DNA of 44,906 nucleotides from Actinomycetes bacterium (lineage in GTDB: Bacteria; Actinomycetota; Aquicultoria; CAJVYJ01; JAUVQD01): contig JAUWRD010000003.1 of NCBI GenBank assembly GCA_030610765.1, positions 1-44,906 on the forward strand. Direction: 5' to 3'. Shown here one piece after another: positions 29,122 through 38,885 of this stretch. The translations under genes and the position numbers were made by a program. How positions within the stretch are numbered: the first letter of the stretch is position 1; each line of letters opens with the position of its first letter. Below the pieces are notes generated by a model, which saw only the letters and a program-made list of their open reading frames with translations, was not told where the DNA came from and made no database searches.

Positions 29122-31194
29122 TTAATATGTCTTCTTTAGCACGATAACTGCGGCGTCATCATTTAAATGGTTGGATGTAAATCGGGAAACTGAGCCGAAT
29201 ATTTTATCAGCCACCGCTTGAGCGCTCATGTCTGCAGATGATTTGATGATCTCTTTTAGTTTCTCTTCTCCAAAGAAGCCATCGGCGTTTCTCGCTTCAG
29301 TTATGCCATCGGTATAAAAGACAGCGACATCACCTTGCTTAAGACGGATAATACTGCCGTCATAGCGGGTATCGGGTATAACACCGACGATACTTCCATT
29401 AGATTTTAGCATCTCGAAGTCTTCTTTTGCGTGCCGGTAGACAACGGGTATCGGGTGACCGGCAATGCAGTATTGAAGCGTATCGGTTCGATGATCCAGC
29501 AAGCCATAGGCAAGCGTAACAAACGCTCCATCTTCAACTTCTTGACAAAAAGTCCAGTTAATCCTCGATATGACTACGGACGGACTAGGATCCTCTCTAG
29601 CGAAGGCGCGTAGGCTATATTTTACTAAGTATGTCTGAACAGCCGCTTGCATACCTTTTCCACAAACATCTCCGATCGCGAAGGCACAATAATCTTTGTC
29701 CTTTAAAGGTATAAAGTCATAGTAATCCCCACCGATAACCATCCCTTGGACCGCGGCCGCGTATTTCGTGCCAATTTCGTAGCCAGGCAGATCAGGTAGT
29801 TCTTTTGGCAGAAGGTTGCGCTGGAGAATTTGCGCTATCTTTCTCTCCCGTCGATAGAGGTTTTTGATCCTTCTTTCACTTTGCTTCCTTGTGGTGATGT
29901 CGTGATAAATATTAACGCGACCCATGAAATCACCTGAGGCGTCAAAGACAGGACCGCTGAATCTCTCAAGCGCCCTTGGTCTTGGCTCAACCATCTCTAC
30001 AGTGTCATTTACAACCTCAGATGATTGTGAGCTGAGCCATTCGAACCGTGACTCAAACGATTCAGGATCCTTAAAAAGGTGTTTTACTTTTTGCAGCACA
30101 TGCTTTTGCTCGTTTTTTCCGATGATCTCGGCAGCCTCAAGCCCCATCAGTTCACAAAACTTTTTATTGGCGGTGCCGACTCGACCGTTTTGATCGACCA
30201 TAATTAGCGCGCTGTCGCCCCAATCCACGATTGCCTTTAGCGTCGAGTGCAGGTCTTTAGTCTTCTCATACAATTGCGCCCTTTCAATTGAGAAGGCAGC
30301 TTCACTACCGATAATTTGTGCCAATCTTATGTGTTCAGCTATGAATTCGCCCGGTTTATCACGGCAGATTAATAGCATGCCAATAACATTATCTTTGCTT
30401 ATGAGCGGCACAAAAAGGACAGTCTTCAAGTTATATCGGTAGGCAAAAACTTTGTTTACCAAATGGTTTGCTTTTGCGCGCTGGATGATAATGGGCGCTT
30501 TGTCTTTAATGGCCTGTTTTATCAAGAGGCCCTCTTTTTCAATTGACATGGCGCGATGCTTAATTTCGCCAAAATCAACATGGGTTTTAAACAACTCGCT
30601 TACCTTTTTGTCATCTTCAAAAACTAATTGAAGAAAACACCGATCGGCGTGAAGAAGCTTGTGGGCTTTTTTAAATAACACACCTAAAACCTTATCTAGA
30701 TCGAGACAGCGCGTCAGTTTTTGACTAATCTCGTAGATGTTTTCAAGCTCGTTATTGCGTTCGGCTAGCTCTCGTTCTTTTTTCTCAAGCAGTTGATTTG
30801 CGGTAATTAGTTCTTGCTGAGTCGCTTTAAGGCGCACAAAAGACTTAATCTTAGCCAGAAGCTCGTCTGTATTTACAGGCTTTATGAAATATCCGTCGAC
30901 TCCATAATCTATTGAATCAATTAATTTGTTGAGCTGTCGCTGATTTCCAGCAAGCAGAATAGGAATGTGACTTGTTTTAACGTCGGATTTAAAGCGGCGG
31001 CAAAGACTTTGTGTCGTTTTCGACCCCGAGCCTAAACCCACCAGTAGAAGATCCGGCGCTTTATTTGCCACCGCATCAATGATCTTTTGGGGGTTATCAA
31101 AAGAACTCACGTTATAACCGTGTTCTCTTAAGGCAGCGCCTGTCGCTTCTAGTGTTTCCGTATCCTCATCGGCAACGTATATTCGAGCGCTCAG
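29122..31194 (-). CDS. SpoIIE/RsbU-family PP2C phosphatase with pseudo-receiver, coiled coil, GAF and PAS domains
   Basis: GGDYYD, IGDVCGKG, YTDGITEARN, NDDAAV (PP2C); REC-like N-terminus; GAF (LFVPLISKDNVIG); PAS (HDITTRK). Start placed at CTG 31194 after GAGGAGGG (ORF track 31284). Confidence 0.9.
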   Translation of the reverse strand: MSARIYVADEDTETLEATGAALREHGYNVSSFDNPQKIIDAVANKAPDLLLVGLGSGSKTTQSLCRRFKSDVKTSHIPILLAGNQRQLNKLIDSIDYGVDGYFIKPVNTDELLAKIKSFVRLKATQQELITANQLLEKKERELAERNNELENIYEISQKLTRCLDLDKVLGVLFKKAHKLLHADRCFLQLVFEDDKKVSELFKTHVDFGEIKHRAMSIEKEGLLIKQAIKDKAPIIIQRAKANHLVNKVFAYRYNLKTVLFVPLISKDNVIGMLLICRDKPGEFIAEHIRLAQIIGSEAAFSIERAQLYEKTKDLHSTLKAIVDWGDSALIMVDQNGRVGTANKKFCELMGLEAAEIIGKNEQKHVLQKVKHLFKDPESFESRFEWLSSQSSEVVNDTVEMVEPRPRALERFSGPVFDASGDFMGRVNIYHDITTRKQSERRIKNLYRRERKIAQILQRNLLPKELPDLPGYEIGTKYAAAVQGMVIGGDYYDFIPLKDKDYCAFAIGDVCGKGMQAAVQTYLVKYSLRAFAREDPSPSVVISRINWTFCQEVEDGAFVTLAYGLLDHRTDTLQYCIAGHPIPVVYRHAKEDFEMLKSNGSIVGVIPDTRYDGSIIRLKQGDVAVFYTDGITEARNADGFFGEEKLKEIIKSSADMSAQAVADKIFGSVSRFTSNHLNDDAAVIVLKKTY

Positions 31195-31351
31195 AAACCC
31201 TCCTCGGAATTGTGAGGATTTAAAACATACCTCTTCGGAATACCATTTTTGTAATACCATGCGCAATACAAAACAGGGAGTCATTTACACCCTATGCGCT
31301 TAAGTTATTCCCAGGTTGGTTAGAGAGCAAACACTTTTCTTAGAAAAAAGT

Positions 31352-31756
31352 TTATTCGCCCTCTTTTTCTTTGATGAGATCTTTGAGCTCAGCTATGTCT
31401 TCCTTTTTCATCTTGCCGCCATCAATGAGATATGAGACAACGGCTCCGGCTGAACCCTCAAGCAAACGATCGACGACCTCGCCCACCATTGAGTTGGCCA
31501 TCTGGTCTCTCTCGACCAAAGGTCGATATATATACGGAACTGAGGTCTTGTCTTGCTCTAAAATTTCTTTAATTGCTAAACGGTTCATGACTGTCATTAT
31601 CGTCGTATACGCGAGTCGTCGCCTCTCATACATGATCTCAAAAACATCTTTTACAGTAGCCTTCTTCATGCTCCAGATGATTCCCATTACATCGACTTCA
31701 AGATCGCCCAAGGCATTCATGCCCATCTTCTGTTTTGGTTTCCTTTTTCTAGCCAT
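31352..31756 (-). CDS. BlaI/MecI/CopY family transcriptional regulator
   Basis: LGDLEVDVMGIIW...ATVKDV...LAYTTIMTVMNRL...YIYRP; ATG at 31756 after GGAG. Confidence 0.93.
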   Translation of the reverse strand: MARKRKPKQKMGMNALGDLEVDVMGIIWSMKKATVKDVFEIMYERRRLAYTTIMTVMNRLAIKEILEQDKTSVPYIYRPLVERDQMANSMVGEVVDRLLEGSAGAVVSYLIDGGKMKKEDIAELKDLIKEKEGE

Positions 31757-31784
31757 AACATCTCCTTTGAAAATTGTTCGATAC

Positions 31785-31813
31785 ATTGTAATACTTTAAG
31801 TACGTACAGTCAA
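31785..31813 (-). promoter_or_regulatory. promoter of the blaI-like gene with overlapping candidate operator
   Basis: TTGACT-17nt-TACAAT; palindromes TACA-T-TGTA (31782-31790) over the -10 and TACTT-T-AAGTA (31792-31802) in the spacer. Confidence 0.7.
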
Positions 31814-31942
31814 AGACCATACTCATGTGAAGCGCTGATTAAACATTCTGCGTACCGAAGGGGAATTAAAACCGCGGTTGTTAGCTCTGGTACTATGCGA
31901 ATAATACCATATTACCCAAGGTCTCATCAACCATTGCATCGC

Positions 31943-33202
31943 TTACGGTCTGATGTGACCAGATCCCTGAATGACGTACTTTGTGGAGGTCAGTGACGTT
32001 AGGCCCATGGGGCCGCGAGCGTGCAGTTTTTGCGTACTAATACCGATCTCAGCACCCATCATAAATTCTCCGCCATCAGTAAATCTGGTTGAAGCATTTA
32101 CATAAACAGCGGCTGAATCGATCTGCTCACAAAAAGTCTTAGCGGCATCATAGTCTTTTGTAATTATCGCCTCTGAATGAAGTGTACTATATCGGTTTAT
32201 GTGAGAAATAGCCTCGCTTAAGGAATCCACAACTTTAACGGCGATCTTCAAATCCAGATACTCGGTACTCCAGTCATCCTCTGAAGCCGCCTCGACACCC
32301 GGCAACTTCTGCGTTGACGAACAACCGTAGACCGTCACACCTTTTTCCCTCAAACTAGCGACGAGCCTCGGAAGCAAGCTTTCCTCTAGTTCACGATGGA
32401 CAAGCAAGGTCTCTGCGGCATTACAAACGCTTGGCCTCTGCACTTTCGCGTTTATTGTAATATTTTCAGCATCGTCAAAATCAGCGTCGCTATGCACATA
32501 GATATGACAGTTTCCAGCTCCTGCCCAGAGAACCGGAACCTTGGCGTTCTCAGTAACATTCTTGATAAGCTGCTCTCCGCCTCTTGGAACCAACAAATCT
32601 ATATATTTATCAATCCCAATTAAGGCATTTGCTGAATCACGATCTGCTCTAGGTAGAGCCTTGATAGCATTCTCCGGGATACCTGTTTTTGTAGCTGCGT
32701 CCCTGACAATCTTTGTCATGGTTTGATTGGTCTCTTGCGCCAACGACCCCCCTCGTAAAACTATCGCGTTTCCGGATTTAAGCGCGAGCGCTGTCGCGTC
32801 AACCGTAACGTTGGGTCTGGCTTCATAGATGACCCCTATGACCCCCAGGGGTACCCTTACTTGATTGATAAGCAATCCGTTGGGGTTTTTCCAACCTTTG
32901 ACAATCTCGCCAACGGGGTCGGCTAAAGCCATAATGTCTAAAACGGAACCCGCAATGGCTCTCACTCGCGATTCGTCGACCATCAATCGGTCGAGGAGCG
33001 ATTCCGATGTGCCATTCTTCCTCGCGTTTTCCATATCGACTTCGTTTGCCGCCAAAATCTCCGCGGTGTTATCAATCAATGCTTGAGCAATTGCCGCCAG
33101 CGCTTTATCTTTAATCTGGGTCGATAAAGTACCCAATTCTCTTGAGGCTACCTTGGCCTCTTCCGCTATCTTTTCAACTGCGATCTTTATGTTGTTGTCC
33201 AT
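31943..33202 (-). CDS. proA: glutamate-5-semialdehyde dehydrogenase
   Basis: VPLGVIGVIYEARPNVT, LVPRGG, RPSVCNAAE, NASTRFTDG, STQKLHARGPMGL. Confidence 0.99.
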   Translation of the reverse strand: MDNNIKIAVEKIAEEAKVASRELGTLSTQIKDKALAAIAQALIDNTAEILAANEVDMENARKNGTSESLLDRLMVDESRVRAIAGSVLDIMALADPVGEIVKGWKNPNGLLINQVRVPLGVIGVIYEARPNVTVDATALALKSGNAIVLRGGSLAQETNQTMTKIVRDAATKTGIPENAIKALPRADRDSANALIGIDKYIDLLVPRGGEQLIKNVTENAKVPVLWAGAGNCHIYVHSDADFDDAENITINAKVQRPSVCNAAETLLVHRELEESLLPRLVASLREKGVTVYGCSSTQKLPGVEAASEDDWSTEYLDLKIAVKVVDSLSEAISHINRYSTLHSEAIITKDYDAAKTFCEQIDSAAVYVNASTRFTDGGEFMMGAEIGISTQKLHARGPMGLTSLTSTKYVIQGSGHIRP

Positions 33203-33250
33203 GTGGCTCCTTCAAAAGATGTCAACTTTGGCTGCCCTCTAATTCATGCA

Positions 33251-34360
33251 TCATATCAAAATCATATGATCGCGATGGATTACCTCCTCTGAAAAATCAT
33301 CTGATTTCTCCAACACTATCTGAGAAGTGCGCTTGCCCATGATGCTCATGAGTTCGTCAGCGCTATAGTTTGATAGCCCCCTGGCAACGACTTGCCCGTC
33401 AGCGCCAACAACCTCAATTGTGTCACCAATCGCAAATCCCCCGTCAACACCTACCACACCGACAGGCAGAAGACTCTTGCCATCATTCCTTAGCGCTTTT
33501 TCGGCACCCGCATCAACCGAAACTCGGCCGCCGACGACCCGACTATAGCCAATCCACAATTTTTTATTCGAGACCTTCTTCTTTCTCGGTCTAAAATAAG
33601 TCCCGACCTTCTTGCCCTCAACAATCCTGAGTAACGCGTTTTGCTCTCTCCCGTCAGCAATGTACGTGCCTATCTTTGCTGCTCCGGCAATCTTTGCGGC
33701 ATTCAGCTTGGTCACCATGCCGCCCGATCCGAACTTGCTTCCTATCCCTGCAGCCATCCCCTCGATCTCAGGGGTTATTTTTTCGACAGTGTCGATTTTC
33801 TTTGTCCTTGAGAGTCTGGGGTCAGATGCGTAAAGCCCGTCGATATCACTTAAGATCACCAAAAAATCTACCTCGATCAAAACAGCTACGAGCGCCGCCA
33901 ACATATCATTGTCACCGAATTTAATCTCCTCGACCGTGGTTGTGTCGTTCTCGTTAACAATGGGAACGACCCGCATTGCTAGAAGCTGATCAAATGTCTT
34001 TTTCGCGTTAAAGTAGAACTCGCGATGGGCCATATCAAACTGGGTGAGCAATATTTGCGCTACCTGAATCCCCTTGGCTTTGAAGACATCAGTATATCTG
34101 TGAATTAATAGCCCTTGCCCAACAGCCGCAGCTGCTTGAAGCTTTGAAATCTCTTTTGGTCGCTTATCCAGGTTGAGCTCTTCAACCCCGGCGGCAATTG
34201 CGCCTGATGACACAAGAATACATTCAATTCCGCCCGACCAAACCGTAGCTACCTGATCGACGAGTAGCTTCAGATTCTCTTTGTCCAGCCGCCCGTTTTC
34301 GTCTGTTACTGTGCTGGAGCCAATTTTGATTAATATTCTTTTGGCATTTATCTTTGACAT
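33251..34360 (-). CDS. proB: glutamate 5-kinase with PUA domain
   Basis: IKIGSS, VSSGAIAAG, VNENDT, FGDNDMLA, GSGGMVTK, SLLPVGV, VIHRD. Confidence 0.99.
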   Translation of the reverse strand: MSKINAKRILIKIGSSTVTDENGRLDKENLKLLVDQVATVWSGGIECILVSSGAIAAGVEELNLDKRPKEISKLQAAAAVGQGLLIHRYTDVFKAKGIQVAQILLTQFDMAHREFYFNAKKTFDQLLAMRVVPIVNENDTTTVEEIKFGDNDMLAALVAVLIEVDFLVILSDIDGLYASDPRLSRTKKIDTVEKITPEIEGMAAGIGSKFGSGGMVTKLNAAKIAGAAKIGTYIADGREQNALLRIVEGKKVGTYFRPRKKKVSNKKLWIGYSRVVGGRVSVDAGAEKALRNDGKSLLPVGVVGVDGGFAIGDTIEVVGADGQVVARGLSNYSADELMSIMGKRTSQIVLEKSDDFSEEVIHRDHMILI

Positions 34361-34412
34361 TTTTCTAGTCTATCAGACCCTGGCGTTGCCCCGGTAATCC
34401 TTTGATGCTTAC

Positions 34413-35696
<1,284 letters not shown>

Positions 35697-35731
35697 TTAT
35701 CTACGACCTCCGACTTGACTCAAAGTCAAAT

Positions 35732-35756
35732 AAAAAAGCGACTTTTGAGAAGTCGC
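35732..35756 (-). terminator. intrinsic terminator after rpmA
   Basis: Minus strand GCGACTT-ctcaa-AAGTCGC followed by TTTTTT. Confidence 0.75.
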
Positions 35757-35800
35757 CATCAATCCATTATATATTTTGGCACAAAAGCCCCGTTTCAAAC

Positions 35801-36058
35801 TTAGGCCTCCGCGATTACACTTACCCGCCGTTTTTTTCCACCATTTCCGATAAACTTGACATGCCCATCTCGAAGAGCAAATAATGTAAAATCGCGACCA
35901 AGTCCAACTCCGTCGCCAGGCCTTACTTTTGTCCCTCGTTGTCTTGCGATAATGCTTCCGGCCGTCACAAATTGACCACCAAATGCTTTAACCCCTAAAC
36001 GCTTTGACTGGCTATCTCTACCATTTCTGGTACTGCCCATGCCTTTTTTATGAGCCAT
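35801..36058 (-). CDS. rpmA: 50S ribosomal protein L27
   Basis: [22 protein letters not shown]. Confidence 0.99.
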   Translation of the reverse strand: MAHKKGMGSTRNGRDSQSKRLGVKAFGGQFVTAGSIIARQRGTKVRPGDGVGLGRDFTLFALRDGHVKFIGNGGKKRRVSVIAEA

Positions 36059-36078
36059 AACACAAACACCTTCTTTTC

Positions 36079-36618
36079 TTACTCAGCCGCTTTTTTCTTT
36101 GGCTGAGCCGCTGCCTTTTTAGGTTTATCTTCTGTCTTTTTTGCCTTAGTTTCTATCTTTTTAGGCTTAGCAGCTGCCTTCTTCTTCGCCGCCGGAGTCG
36201 CCTCTTTCTTCTTACTTACCCGACTCTTAGGTGCAACCTTCTTTTGTTCTTCAACAGGCGCGGCTTCATTTTCTTTCTTAACGCTCGTCGCGACCTTCTT
36301 CTTTCCGGCTTTACCTATCGAATCAATTCTTATCCGACTTTTTTGCTGCCTATGACCCGTAAGCTTTCTGTATCCTTTTTTTGCCTTATATTTAAAAACA
36401 TTTATCTTGTCGTCGATAAAATTCTCAATAAGCTCTGCTTCGATTTGATATTTAGCTAGATCCCCACTGCCGACAATATTGTTGCCGCCATCACTAATCA
36501 ACAGGATTTTGTCAAAAACTACCGGAGCTCCGACTTTTCCTTTGATGCGATCGCAAACCAACTCGTCGCCAACTGAAATTCTATATTGTTTCCCTGACTG
36601 CCTGACAATCGCGTACAC
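36079..36618 (-). CDS. rplU: 50S ribosomal protein L21 with Lys/Ala-rich C-terminal tail
   Basis: [31 protein letters not shown]. Confidence 0.97.
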   Translation of the reverse strand: MYAIVRQSGKQYRISVGDELVCDRIKGKVGAPVVFDKILLISDGGNNIVGSGDLAKYQIEAELIENFIDDKINVFKYKAKKGYRKLTGHRQQKSRIRIDSIGKAGKKKVATSVKKENEAAPVEEQKKVAPKSRVSKKKEATPAAKKKAAAKPKKIETKAKKTEDKPKKAAAQPKKKAAE

Positions 36619-36648
36619 AAGACTCCTTTTTTTGGTAAACCACGATGT

Positions 36649-36678
36649 AATTTAGCATATGAGTTGTTCAAGAGTCAA
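36649..36678 (-). promoter_or_regulatory. sigma70-type promoter of rplU-rpmA
   Basis: TTGACT-18nt-TAAATT with extended -10 TG. Confidence 0.65.
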
Positions 36679-36722
36679 TAAATCGCTTGTCGCTTGGACT
36701 ATTATTAGAATCCTTCGACCCC

Positions 36723-38210
36723 TTAACCTTTACCGTGTTTTTCCAGGATCGGCTCTAATCGCTCGATACCCGGAGTCGGTTTCAAATATATGCGTTTTCC
36801 GGTACTTTCCATAAGCGGTGCCAACCATTCTTCAGTTTCGATGACTTCGGCAATATCCTCTGCCACCTTAAACACTAGGTCATCTATGCTGGCATTTATA
36901 GTTGCATTCTTAATGGAGCGATAAGCTTCGATCGCCGCTCTGTCCTTTGATATTATTCTTCTCGCTCCGCAAATCGGGCACTTCTCGTAGTAGTACGCCT
37001 CAGGACCCTCGGAAATATTCTTTCGCGTCATTTCAACTAAGCCAAGTTTAGAAATCGGCGTTAATCTTGATTTTGCCCTATCAGCTTCAAGGCCCAGGGA
37101 GAGAACTTCAAAGAGCTTTTCCCTGTGTTTCTCTTCCTTCATATCGATAAAATCCATAACTATGATGCCGCCAATGTCGCGCAATCTTATTTGACGTATG
37201 ATTTCGTCAGCCGCTTCTAAGTTTGTTTTATAAATTGTGTGCTCAAGATCTTTTCCGCCGGTATATTTAGCTGTATTTACATCTATGCCGGTTAAAGCTT
37301 CAATTTTGTCAATCGCGATATACCCACCCGACCTCAGCCAAACTTTTCGTTTTAGCGCCGTCTTTAGCTGAGACTCGATATTGTGCTTTACAAATAATGC
37401 ATTCTGACCACGATAATGCTTTATTCTTCCGACTAGTTCAGGCGACATTCTTTTGACAAGCTCCTTTATTTCGTCCTTCTTTTCTTTCGAATCAATCAAA
37501 ATGTGGTCATAGTCGGCGGAAAACATATCCCTGACTACCCTTCCCGACAGATCCAGCTCAGTAGAGAGACCTGAGGGCGTGTCGACGTTTCCAGCCTTCT
37601 TCTGTATATCCTGCCAATTCGCCTGTAAAAGCTCTATGTCGGCAGCCAAATCGGTTACTTCCGCATCTTGAGCGGCAGTCCTGATGATGACACCCATGCC
37701 TTCAGGGCAAACCTGTTCAGCCAACCTGTGGAGACGATCTCTTTCTTCTTCTTCCAATCTTTTTGATACACCAATCAATCTATTTAAGGGCAGCAAAACC
37801 AACTTTCGCCCTGCCAGCGCTATCTGCGTTGTCACCCTAGCGCCTTTTGTGTCCACCGGGTCTCTCTTTACTTGAACCATCAACTCCTGGCCAGGCTCAA
37901 GAAGATGTTGGATTTTGGTCGAGCCGGTTTTTAGCTCAACGTCAGTTACTATCACCTCGTCGACGTAAAGAAAAGCGTTGCGCTCCAAGCCGATATCAAC
38001 AAAACTTGCTTCCATGCCCGGAACTACATCTTTAATGCGGCCTTTGTAGATATTTCCCGCAATTCTATGTTTGTCTATTTGTTCAGAATAGAACTCAACC
38101 AACTGACGATTTTCCAGGATGCCAACTCTGGTTTCGAACTCATCAATCGATATCAATATCTCTTTATGAGTCTTCACTTTCTGAGTCTTCACTTTCGCCT
38201 TTCTCGCCAA
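36723..38210 (-). CDS. rng: Rne/Rng family ribonuclease (RNase G-sized)
   Basis: GNIYKGRI..VVPGMEASFVDIG (S1), IDVNT, TNLEAA, RQIRLRDIGGIIVMDFIDM, GLVEMTRK, CPIC. Confidence 0.96.
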   Translation of the reverse strand: MARKAKVKTQKVKTHKEILISIDEFETRVGILENRQLVEFYSEQIDKHRIAGNIYKGRIKDVVPGMEASFVDIGLERNAFLYVDEVIVTDVELKTGSTKIQHLLEPGQELMVQVKRDPVDTKGARVTTQIALAGRKLVLLPLNRLIGVSKRLEEEERDRLHRLAEQVCPEGMGVIIRTAAQDAEVTDLAADIELLQANWQDIQKKAGNVDTPSGLSTELDLSGRVVRDMFSADYDHILIDSKEKKDEIKELVKRMSPELVGRIKHYRGQNALFVKHNIESQLKTALKRKVWLRSGGYIAIDKIEALTGIDVNTAKYTGGKDLEHTIYKTNLEAADEIIRQIRLRDIGGIIVMDFIDMKEEKHREKLFEVLSLGLEADRAKSRLTPISKLGLVEMTRKNISEGPEAYYYEKCPICGARRIISKDRAAIEAYRSIKNATINASIDDLVFKVAEDIAEVIETEEWLAPLMESTGKRIYLKPTPGIERLEPILEKHGKG

Positions 38211-38222
38211 GTTAGTAGTATT

Positions 38223-38885
38223 TCATATCTGTAATGGTTCCGCCAACATCTTATCCTTACCAATCCATTGAGCTATTCTGTCCACGACAAATGAACAATT
38301 CTTAAGATCAGGCACCTCGTCTAAATCAGTCAGCGTATCTTTGACCCTTGTCGACACAGGTAATCGCAATACAAAATCTATCATATTCTTTTGCTCTTCT
38401 TTTTCGTTACCTTGAGACCACTCGAAGCATTTAATGCGTTGACCGCGGTTTTTGCCCACTTGTTTAGTTATTGAGCCTTCGAGTACGCATCTTTCCTGCG
38501 CAGACAAGCTATCACTTCGTTCATTTAAAAGATAAAAACGATAGTCAGAATATTTAACTGTGGCCCCAAGCGACTTTGTCTGATCAGGAATCACTTTCGC
38601 CTCCAAAACCATCAGTGCCTCGGGAGCCTTTGAGTTGATCGACTCGCGTACCGTCGCCGCTGCCATATCACCTTCGAGCTTAATATCCATATACTCAGCT
38701 TCACTTCCGACCCCGACAGGCAATGCCGGCCCCAAGGATATCTTGGGGTGCGGAGAAAACCCCTCTGAGTATCTAATAGGAATTTCGGAGCGCCTAATAA
38801 TGCGCATCCAAGCTCGATATGTCTCCATGTGCGATAACCAACGCAGCACTTCTGCTTTTCGATATTTGATTCTGACTTTACTCAC
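38223..38885 (-). CDS. radical SAM-associated protein (TIGR03936/DUF2344-like)
   Basis: RIKYRK...RWLSH...YSEGFSPHPKIS...ALPVGVGSEAEYMD; likely GTG start at 38885 after GGAG. Confidence 0.9.
   Translation of the reverse strand: MSKVRIKYRKAEVLRWLSHMETYRAWMRIIRRSEIPIRYSEGFSPHPKISLGPALPVGVGSEAEYMDIKLEGDMAAATVRESINSKAPEALMVLEAKVIPDQTKSLGATVKYSDYRFYLLNERSDSLSAQERCVLEGSITKQVGKNRGQRIKCFEWSQGNEKEEQKNMIDFVLRLPVSTRVKDTLTDLDEVPDLKNCSFVVDRIAQWIGKDKMLAEPLQI

Noticed and set aside
31333-31351. ACTTTT...AAAAGT hairpin after the blaI-like gene as a terminator
   Set aside because: The AT-rich stem is too weak and there is no clean U tract.
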